From Pirellulales bacterium (GTDB taxonomy: Bacteria > Planctomycetota > Planctomycetia > Pirellulales > UBA1268), in contig CBDFMH010000005.1 in NCBI GenBank assembly GCA_965249545.1, positions 1,095,116 to 1,159,115 of the forward strand: DNA of 64,000 bases, written 5' to 3'. Position numbers and translations under genes: made by a program. A model generated the notes under the pieces. That model worked only from the letters and a program-made list of their open reading frames with translations, searched no databases and was not told the origin of the DNA. Positions 26,806 to 34,646 of this stretch are shown piece by piece; within the stretch, counting starts at the first letter, position 1, and each line of letters begins with the position of its first letter.

Positions 26806-27443
26806 TGAATTACAGCAAGCGTCTTATTGATATTTTGCTTGCAGTAATAGGCCTTGTTTTCATTTGGCCAATCTTATTTGTGTGCGCTGTTGCAGTAAAA
26901 CTTTCTTCACCTGGCCCTGTTCTTTATCTAGGTAAAAGAACAGGGAGATACGGTGTTCCATTTAAGATTTTCAAGTTTCGATCAATGCGTGAAGATGCTG
27001 AACGTACTGGGGGCACGACAACAGGCAAAAATGATACGAGAATTACTTCGGCGGGAAAATTTTTGCGAAAATATAAGTTAGATGAATTGCCACAGCTATT
27101 TAATGTATTGCGTGGGGAGATGAGTTTCGTAGGACCTCGTCCCGAGGTTGCTGAATACACAGAGATGTATTCGGTTGAAGAACAAGAGATCTTATCTGTC
27201 AGACCTGGAATTACAGACTTGTCGTCGCTCACGTTCAGTGATCTTCAATCCCATGTTGGGAGTGAAAATCCAGATGAAGCCTTTCGTCGATACGTACTAC
27301 CACAAAAAAATAGATTACGACTGAAGTATGCCCGCGAACATACGATATCAATGGATTTCATAATTCTCATGAAGACGGTACTTCTTGTTGTTGCTAAACC
27401 GCTTAAGAGTCTAACCCAAAATGGAATACACAAGTCTTCCTGA
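26805..27443 (+). CDS. Monotopic phosphoglycosyl transferase (bacterial sugar transferase, PglC/WbaP C-domain type)
   Basis: Motifs: KRLIDILLAVIGLVFIWPILFVCAVAVKLSSPGPVLY...FKIFKFRSM...DTRITSAGKFLRKYKLDELPQLFNVLRGEMSFVGPRPE. Confidence 0.9.
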   Translation: MNYSKRLIDILLAVIGLVFIWPILFVCAVAVKLSSPGPVLYLGKRTGRYGVPFKIFKFRSMREDAERTGGTTTGKNDTRITSAGKFLRKYKLDELPQLFNVLRGEMSFVGPRPEVAEYTEMYSVEEQEILSVRPGITDLSSLTFSDLQSHVGSENPDEAFRRYVLPQKNRLRLKYAREHTISMDFIILMKTVLLVVAKPLKSLTQNGIHKSS

Positions 27444-28362
27444 AATGGGGATGAAGGTCTCTCGTGTTGCTCTCGGTGGCTGTCCATTGGGTGGTCACGG
27501 TTGGGGGAAAGTCGAAGATGCGGATTCGATAACTGCTGTCCGGACTGCGGTCGATGAGGGTGTCAATTTTTTTGATACCGCCGATGTTTATGGCTTTGGA
27601 CATTCCGAGGAGATACTATCGAAGTCGCTCGGAGATTCTCGGCATGATGTTTGTATCGCAACCAAATTTGGTGTTCGGCAGACATCTGGCGGAGAAACAA
27701 TAAAAGATACAAGTCCATCGTGGATTAGAACTGCAGTTGAGGCAAGTTTAAAGCGACTTCGGATCGATGTTATTCCCCTTTACTATATGCACTGGCCAGA
27801 CGGGGTAACGCCAATTGAAGATGTCATGCAGGAATTAGATAAGCTCAGAAAAAATGGGAAGATATCTGCAATTGGCTTATCAAATATTTCTGCAGAAGAA
27901 CTTGAGCGGGCCACGGCAGTCGCTCCAGTTTCTGCAGTTCAAGTGCAATATAGTCTTGTTGATCGAAAGTGTGCCAACGCGTTAGCAGTAAGTGTAAAAA
28001 AACATAGAGTGCCACTTGTTACCTGGGGTTCACTTGCCCAAGGTCTTCTTACAGGAAAATACAATCGGGAGACACTATTTCCACCAAACGATCGGCGGCA
28101 TCGATACGAAAATTTTCAAGGTGAAAAATTCACTCAAAATCTTAAAGTAGTTGAGGCAATTTTACAAGTCACTAAGAGGCAGCAGTGCACACCGAGCCAG
28201 GTCGCTATTCGCTGGTTACTCGAACAAGATAATGTTGGGACTGTACTCTTTGGTGCAAAGAATAGCCAGCAAGTGAGAGAAAATATTAGTGCAATGAACT
28301 TGCATTTAGTTCAGGATGATCTTGATATCTTAGACCGGATAAACACGGAAGAGACATCATAA
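27421..28362 (+). CDS. Aldo/keto reductase
   Basis: Motifs: VSRVALGGCPLGG...AVDEGVNFFDTADVYGFGHSEEILSKSL...IDVIPLYYMHWPD...IGLSNISAEELE. Confidence 0.85.
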   Translation: MEYTSLPEMGMKVSRVALGGCPLGGHGWGKVEDADSITAVRTAVDEGVNFFDTADVYGFGHSEEILSKSLGDSRHDVCIATKFGVRQTSGGETIKDTSPSWIRTAVEASLKRLRIDVIPLYYMHWPDGVTPIEDVMQELDKLRKNGKISAIGLSNISAEELERATAVAPVSAVQVQYSLVDRKCANALAVSVKKHRVPLVTWGSLAQGLLTGKYNRETLFPPNDRRHRYENFQGEKFTQNLKVVEAILQVTKRQQCTPSQVAIRWLLEQDNVGTVLFGAKNSQQVRENISAMNLHLVQDDLDILDRINTEETS

Positions 28363-28421
28363 AAAAGAAAAAATCTATGAAATACTTTTTGAAATCTAAG
28401 AATTAAAATTCTTCACACAGA

Positions 28422-29150
28422 TCAGAATGTTCGAAAGAAAGAATGTGGAGGTTCCCAAGAGGAGACTTTTTCGATGACTAAAAGAGGGTGCTGCGTCGAT
28501 AAGGTCAGGATTGCATTCCCGACATGACCATGAATCGCTTGGTTTCCTGAGGATAGAATCCGACGGCGTAGTGATCGGCGTGGTGCTGCTAACTTCTTAT
28601 ATCGCCTATGGCTTTTTAGGTACCGCCAGACCTTTTTTTTACTCGGCATATTCATGTCGTGGATGAGCATTACGCCGCCAGGGCGAAGAAGTTTATCTGC
28701 AAGAAATACATCCACCAATGTATAGTCAAAGGTGTGCCAACCATCGATAAGTGCGAAGTCAATTTCGATTCCCTTTGCTATGAGTTCAGGGATTGTGAGA
28801 TGCGATGGGCCTTCCATAAGATGAAAAAAATCATCTAATTTGCATTCTTTTAGGCCCGCAATGGCTGCTCCTCCATAATCAGAATGTTGGCATGGGTCAG
28901 CACCGTAGTGGTAGCAATGCTTACCTGCTGCTGCTAATTTTGATAGGGCGGCACAAATGGCAATAGTTGAAGCCCCGAACGCTACTCCAGTTTCTAGGCA
29001 GCGGGAAAGCCCTCGCTCAATGATTAGATTCATTATGAACGTGGCTTCTTCATGAGTAATAGTGCCAGTTGACGTTAGTTGTTCTCCCTCTAGATTCGAG
29101 GTGAATTGATCACGAATAATCTCGTTAAGTTTTGTTTCAATAGTTTTCAT
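28422..29150 (-). CDS. Class I SAM-dependent methyltransferase (Methyltransf_24/O-MT-like)
   Basis: Motifs: CLETGVAFGASTIAICAAL...FALIDGWHTFDYTLVDVFLADKLLRPGGVMLIHD. Confidence 0.65.
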   Translation of the reverse strand: MKTIETKLNEIIRDQFTSNLEGEQLTSTGTITHEEATFIMNLIIERGLSRCLETGVAFGASTIAICAALSKLAAAGKHCYHYGADPCQHSDYGGAAIAGLKECKLDDFFHLMEGPSHLTIPELIAKGIEIDFALIDGWHTFDYTLVDVFLADKLLRPGGVMLIHDMNMPSKKKVWRYLKSHRRYKKLAAPRRSLRRRILSSGNQAIHGHVGNAILTLSTQHPLLVIEKVSSWEPPHSFFRTF

Positions 29151-29245
29151 AGTGGTACTCAGTACTATTACGAGCAGATAATTTTTTAGCCAAATTATAA
29201 TAAAAGATGGAAAGCTTCTGAGGCTTACGGAGGAAAGTGCTACTG

Positions 29246-30382
29246 CTACGTTGGAGCCAGAAATCTATCAAGTAAAATCTGAATGATCTGACTGCTTGCA
29301 GTACCATCCCCGTAAGGATTTTTATCGACCGTATGTGAAAGATAATACTCTTTGTTAGTTAAAAGTTTTTGAGCCACCTCAAAGAGTTTTTCTTCATTGG
29401 TGCCAACCAAGACAACTGCTCCCGCCTCAACAGCTTCGGGCCGCTCTGTTGTGTCACGGGTTACTATAATTGGGACTCGGAAACTTGGTCCCTCTTCTTG
29501 TACGCCTCCAGAATCTGTGATGATCAAATAGCTGCGGTCCATGAGCCAGATGAATTCTGGGTACGGTGTTGGAGGAATTAGATGCACGTTATTCAGTTGG
29601 CCTAAAACATCCGCTACGGGTTTTTGTACATTTGGATTGAGATGAACTGGGAAAACAAATTTAAACTTAGGAAAAGCATCAGCTAGTTTTTTTATAGCTT
29701 TGAAAATTGATTGAAAACCATCACCAAAATTTTCCCGTCGATGACCTGTGATCAAGATAACCGTCGATTCACCTAAAAATTCATATTTTTTTGTCCAAAC
29801 AGCACTGTGAGCCAGCTCCTTTTTTCTGGCCCATTTCAATGCATCTATTACCGTGTTCCCAGTAACGAAAATATTCTCACGAGAGATACCTTCGCGAGAT
29901 AATGCAGAGGCCGCCCTTGCAGTGGGAGCAAAGTGCAGGCTGGTGCAAAGTCCTGCAACACGTCGATTGAATTCCTCGGGCCATGGAGATTGAAGATTGT
30001 AGGTCCTTAAGCCAGCTTCCACATGGCAGAAAGGCAAGCGGTTGTAGAAGGCCGTCATTGCTGCTGCTAAGACAGTTGTTGTGTCTCCTTGCGCAATAAT
30101 GCAGTCAGGCTTAGTCTGAATGATCTTCTCATTTAATCCATCCAGAAGCGTGGTCGTAAGAGATGCTAGTGTTTGGTTATGCTTCATGACATTCAATTTG
30201 AAGTCAATCGCAAGTTCAAAATAGTCGGAGGCTTGATCCAGCATTTCTTTGTGTTGTCCTGTCGAGCACACGACAGGTGAAATTTGCTCATGTTTAATAC
30301 ATTCGTGGATCACGGGAGCAAGCTTGATCGCTTCGGGTCTCGTGCCAAAGCAAATGAAGGGACGTAAGCAAGATTTCCCCAT
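29246..30382 (-). CDS. wecB: UDP-N-acetylglucosamine 2-epimerase (non-hydrolysing)
   Basis: Motifs: FGTRPEAIKLAPV...STGQHKEMLDQ...QGDTTTVLAAAMTAFYNRLPFCHVEAGLRTYN...PWPEEFNRR...TGNTVIDAL...ITDSGGVQEE. Confidence 0.9.
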   Translation of the reverse strand: MGKSCLRPFICFGTRPEAIKLAPVIHECIKHEQISPVVCSTGQHKEMLDQASDYFELAIDFKLNVMKHNQTLASLTTTLLDGLNEKIIQTKPDCIIAQGDTTTVLAAAMTAFYNRLPFCHVEAGLRTYNLQSPWPEEFNRRVAGLCTSLHFAPTARAASALSREGISRENIFVTGNTVIDALKWARKKELAHSAVWTKKYEFLGESTVILITGHRRENFGDGFQSIFKAIKKLADAFPKFKFVFPVHLNPNVQKPVADVLGQLNNVHLIPPTPYPEFIWLMDRSYLIITDSGGVQEEGPSFRVPIIVTRDTTERPEAVEAGAVVLVGTNEEKLFEVAQKLLTNKEYYLSHTVDKNPYGDGTASSQIIQILLDRFLAPT

Positions 30383-30427
30383 TAATTAGCCCCTTTTTTT
30401 GTACGAGCAATTTTGATTTCGAAAAGT

Positions 30428-31516
30428 TTACGTGCTGCTGTAGATCGACGAGAACTTTTCATCCATTGCTTCCCAGCTGTATCCGGTTTCAAAAAGATTT
30501 CTTGATTTTACAACAAAACTATCAAGAGATACACGATCAGATAGGAGCTTATTCAAAATGTAAGCTAATGCACTGAAATCGTAATAGCCACAAAGGTGGC
30601 CTAGTCCTTCTTGGGAAACCCAGTCAGAGACCAGAGCCTCTTTGTTGATTATGATTGGACGCCCAACACTCATTGCATCATAAATTTTATTTGGGCTCGC
30701 CATGATATTGTTTTGACAGGTAGGTGCATACATTGTGAGAAGTGCATCGCATTCAGCGGCCAATGACAGCGATTCTTGTGGTGTTATTGAACCACGGAAG
30801 TCTACTTGTTCGTGCTTGATAAAATAATTGCGAGTAAAGTCATCAGCTATCCAGCCAGCAGCGATCACGCGTATTTCAGGTGATTGATCCAAAGCCTTGT
30901 AGAGTGTGTCAAGCCCACGTGTCTGAGAAAGGGTGCCACTTACAAAGAGTTTGGCTGGTCCATTAATTGGCGTTGCTGCTACATCACGGCCAGGATCTTC
31001 TGGGTAATTACCAATAACAGTGGTGCGATTCCGTACCCATCCTAATTTTTCACGTCGTGCTTCATCGGTAGCAATAATTTTATGACTCATTAGCTTTGCA
31101 ATACTACAAAAAATAAATGCTGTCGTACGAATCAGAAAATTGTGACTGGATAAACGATCGATGTGACTGTCATATAAATCACAAACCAATCTCTTGTAGC
31201 AAGTTTTCCATAAGGGTAATACTCGAAGGATATTATCTTCATTTACTCCTATAACAGTGTCTGGCCGGATCAACATTAATGACCGTAATGCATGACGTGT
31301 AAATAGAACTTGTCCGACAACTGTCGATCTTCTTTGGGGCACACGATGAACAAGCAAGTGGTACTTAATGCCAGGAAGCTTTTGGCTTGATGGAAGGTCT
31401 GGGCGTCGGACCCAGCCAATGAAATGCACTTCGTGGCCTTGCCTTGATAGAGTTCGGCACGTCTTTGCCAGTCGTACATCGCCGCCATCATTACCAAAAA
31501 CAATTGCAATCTTCAT
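30428..31516 (-). CDS. Glycosyltransferase (GT4-like)
   Basis: MKIAIVFGNDGGDVRLAKTCRTLSRQGHEVHFIGW... is a Rossmann-type N-domain. The C-domain has ...ASPNKIYDAMSVGRPIIIN.... Confidence 0.65.
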   Translation of the reverse strand: MKIAIVFGNDGGDVRLAKTCRTLSRQGHEVHFIGWVRRPDLPSSQKLPGIKYHLLVHRVPQRRSTVVGQVLFTRHALRSLMLIRPDTVIGVNEDNILRVLPLWKTCYKRLVCDLYDSHIDRLSSHNFLIRTTAFIFCSIAKLMSHKIIATDEARREKLGWVRNRTTVIGNYPEDPGRDVAATPINGPAKLFVSGTLSQTRGLDTLYKALDQSPEIRVIAAGWIADDFTRNYFIKHEQVDFRGSITPQESLSLAAECDALLTMYAPTCQNNIMASPNKIYDAMSVGRPIIINKEALVSDWVSQEGLGHLCGYYDFSALAYILNKLLSDRVSLDSFVVKSRNLFETGYSWEAMDEKFSSIYSST

Positions 31517-31543
31517 ATTAATTATATTTAGGATTCTAAATAT

Positions 31544-32893
31544 TTAAGCAGCTTCTTGTGTGTAGTAGCGGGAATATTGCAAAGAATTGTTCTTTAAATC
31601 ATCAAGATAAGCAATGCGAAGAGTGAGCAGAGCAATAAGAATTTCAGATAGTAGAATACCGCAACTGTAAAGCAACATGGTGCTTTCAAAGGAAATGTCA
31701 GTCAAAGAACCTAATAGAACTATGCCGCTGAGAATAAAGCTCATCGTAACATGAAAACGGACTTTCAACTTGAGATTCCCGAGTCTGAGGAGGGCATGGC
31801 TGAGTGGGTTTCCGAGTAAGGTTCCAATTGCCGTCATGCAAACAATCGGAATGAGATTGACTACCAGTTCGATTTTGTCGCCAAATATAGCCGGTATTAT
31901 GACAGGTAATACCAGAAGCAATAAGCAAGTAAGTAGACATCCTGCAAATGCTAAGAGAATTCCAGCATTGCGAAGAGTTTTGTAGATTGAATTTGGGTGG
32001 CCGTTTTCTGGAGAATTCAATTCACCCAAGAGAACATGCGTAACAGACTGGCCAATTAATAAGGTAGGAATCATTACTATTGAATAGGCTATGGCCCACT
32101 GCCCGGCAGACTCGGTGCCAAAAAGTTCAGGCAAGAGTATCGCAGGCAACATGTGGCACCAAAGTGCTGCTGATTGGCCAATGGTAAGTGGTAGGCCGAG
32201 TCGTATGTGTGAAAATTTTGGGAAGTGAGGGAGGAATGATTTTAAGCCAGACCGACGACGTTTCTCAAAGTCGTATTGGTTTTTCAACAGGATGGTTAGA
32301 GACTCATCTGCATTAAGACAAAGACTGCTGGCTGCAGCAGACATAACGCGAGCGAGAGTATCGATACCAATAAATACGAAACTGACCCCACCAGCCAGGG
32401 CAGCTAAAGGTTGGATTATTAAACTGGTCAGCCCAAATGTAAGGCGACCAGTCGTCGCAGCTGAAATATTCTTGTGACGTGCAGAAGAAAACTTATTTAT
32501 CCGGGTCCATGCTTCACAAGATGCAGCAATAACCAGTAAAAGATAAAACCAATTGAGACTAATAGCTAAGCCCAGCGTTATAAGGCCGCCAGCCAGCCAG
32601 CATACGCTTAGTTTGGCCGAGGCCAACAGGCTGTGGGACTCTTTAAGCGTTTTGGCTGCTGGGATCAGAAGTTCAAGTTGGCCAGTAATCACTATAGATA
32701 AGAGGCCCATAGCGGCTTGAAATTGCCTCAGTTGACCAATAGTGCCAATTTTAACACCTAACCATGCCAGTATAGGCAGGAGTAAAAGAAGAGCGCCCTG
32801 GCTGATGCTAAGTGCAATAAGAAGTTGGCAAAAACGCCATGCTGGTTGTGCATGGGTAACTTGATTCTCTGTGCTTGGCGAACGAGCTATCAA
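31544..32893 (-). CDS. Polytopic membrane protein, Wzx-like oligosaccharide flippase candidate
   Basis: A 449-aa protein that is hydrophobic throughout (~12 predicted helices by eye), sitting between a glycosyltransferase and a polymerase-like gene. The call rests on context and topology only. Confidence 0.5.
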   Translation of the reverse strand: MIARSPSTENQVTHAQPAWRFCQLLIALSISQGALLLLLPILAWLGVKIGTIGQLRQFQAAMGLLSIVITGQLELLIPAAKTLKESHSLLASAKLSVCWLAGGLITLGLAISLNWFYLLLVIAASCEAWTRINKFSSARHKNISAATTGRLTFGLTSLIIQPLAALAGGVSFVFIGIDTLARVMSAAASSLCLNADESLTILLKNQYDFEKRRRSGLKSFLPHFPKFSHIRLGLPLTIGQSAALWCHMLPAILLPELFGTESAGQWAIAYSIVMIPTLLIGQSVTHVLLGELNSPENGHPNSIYKTLRNAGILLAFAGCLLTCLLLLVLPVIIPAIFGDKIELVVNLIPIVCMTAIGTLLGNPLSHALLRLGNLKLKVRFHVTMSFILSGIVLLGSLTDISFESTMLLYSCGILLSEILIALLTLRIAYLDDLKNNSLQYSRYYTQEAA

Positions 32894-32954
32894 CGAAGGA
32901 TGTTCCTACTAACTTTGTAGTCAAGATAGAAATCGTGTACCAACATAAATTGAA

Positions 32955-34367
32955 TTATTTGAACTGTGAAAGATTTATGAATCTACAAGCCGCTTGCTGT
33001 TGAAAATTCACTTTGTAAACACTTCTATTCATCAAAAAACGCTGGCTACATTTTTTTAAAGCATGCCTAAGTCCAGTGATCTGTCCCAAGAAAGTTATCA
33101 GTACAGCAGACACAAGGAGATTTAATCCTAGTGTATAAGGCTGGCCGCGTAAGTAGAGAATACAAGTCGCGAACAAAGAAGGGCCCAAGAATAAAAGAAC
33201 TTTGGGCGACCAAATCAAATAATAGTTGGCCACTGTGAGTAGAGCACCCCAGGCAACAAAAGTAGTGACACTACACCAGCCCCAAAAGTTAATCCATAGG
33301 TCGCCAAAGAGACCTGGCGGATGCATCCAATCTATCGCTATTGCTTGTTCATAACCAAATAGGGCTTGGGCTACCTTACGATTTGGGTCTGGTGGCTTGA
33401 GTGTGGGTGCAAATGAACTCGGGATAGGGAAGAATAAAATGCGACGGTAAGAAGCTGCATTCACATAGTCATACTGTGTTGGAAAGGCTTGTAGTACCTG
33501 AATGCATGTGTCGTGGTAATTCAGTGGATCACTTGTAAGAAGGGGCTCTAGTCGGTCCTTAGAAAGCACAAATTGAACTATCTCCTTGCTAGACATGTTG
33601 TGCATTTGGTGTCTGAGTGGAATTGCTACACATGTCAGGAAAATGAGTATCAGAGCTAGCACGAAACCAGCAGCTAATTTCTTTACGGAGACAGTCCGTG
33701 AAAGGAGAAATCCTATAAGCGATCCGCCAACGACTGCCAAGGCAGCAAAACGAGAACCAGAGGAGAGAAAAAATATCAAAATTGAAAAGCCGAAAGTATA
33801 AGCAAGGCTTAAGGAAGAGAATGTTTTGGAGTGATGAAACCAAGCAAAAAATCCGGCAGTGTAGTTCAATGCGAAAAATTGTAGTGCTATTGTTACAAGA
33901 GTTGTGTTGCCTTGGCCTCTTAATGCGAAGCGACCTTCGTTTGTCGCAGTAAGTAATGTGCCGCCAGCAAAATAGACGCTGGCGACCCACGTTATAAACC
34001 CAATAGCGATTGCAAATACAGTGAACCAACGAAGGGGTTTCTGAACTTCGAGGGATTTGAGAATTCGGAAAGAAGTAGCACTTTCGTTCGCGATCGGTTT
34101 ATGGAAAAAAAAACTCGCTAAGTTAGCCCCAAGGCTTAACAGTAGTGTTCCCGCAACTACAAACCACGCGGCTTCTAAGTGTGCTTCGTAAGGGAGGTTT
34201 AAACGTGTTTGCCATGGTTCCGTAAGGATTGGTACAAGTCCATGAATCAACCCAATACCGGAAAAAACTATGAGCCGAATAACCCGTCGATGGCAGTCTT
34301 GTAAAGCAAATATTATCTCTACGAGACAAATCAGAATTACGATGGTATGAAGGCCGACAAGAAGCAT
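32955..34367 (-). CDS. Polytopic membrane protein, Wzy-like polymerase candidate
   Basis: A 470-aa multi-TM protein with one larger loop, and the first gene of the minus-strand glycan operon. The call rests on context only. Confidence 0.45.
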   Translation of the reverse strand: MLLVGLHTIVILICLVEIIFALQDCHRRVIRLIVFSGIGLIHGLVPILTEPWQTRLNLPYEAHLEAAWFVVAGTLLLSLGANLASFFFHKPIANESATSFRILKSLEVQKPLRWFTVFAIAIGFITWVASVYFAGGTLLTATNEGRFALRGQGNTTLVTIALQFFALNYTAGFFAWFHHSKTFSSLSLAYTFGFSILIFFLSSGSRFAALAVVGGSLIGFLLSRTVSVKKLAAGFVLALILIFLTCVAIPLRHQMHNMSSKEIVQFVLSKDRLEPLLTSDPLNYHDTCIQVLQAFPTQYDYVNAASYRRILFFPIPSSFAPTLKPPDPNRKVAQALFGYEQAIAIDWMHPPGLFGDLWINFWGWCSVTTFVAWGALLTVANYYLIWSPKVLLFLGPSLFATCILYLRGQPYTLGLNLLVSAVLITFLGQITGLRHALKKCSQRFLMNRSVYKVNFQQQAACRFINLSQFK

Positions 34368-34646
34368 AGCATTCTGATTGGTAGAGTCTTCTTCGTAGCG
34401 TTTTCATAAGATCGAAAACCACCAAGCTACTAAGTTTCAAGATAGGAAATAGCACGTAAACGGCTTTTTCCACAAGCCCAGATGTTCGGCAAATCACTGG
34501 ATTGGTCCTTCGACGGATTGCACGTAATCGATGAACGGTAATTGTCAGTGTGGAGGATGTGCCCGCACGCTATGTGCGTCAACAAGGCGCTCGATGGGAA
34601 GGCATCTAGATGTTCAGGCCCAGCAGCAATTCTCGACGCCAAACTT

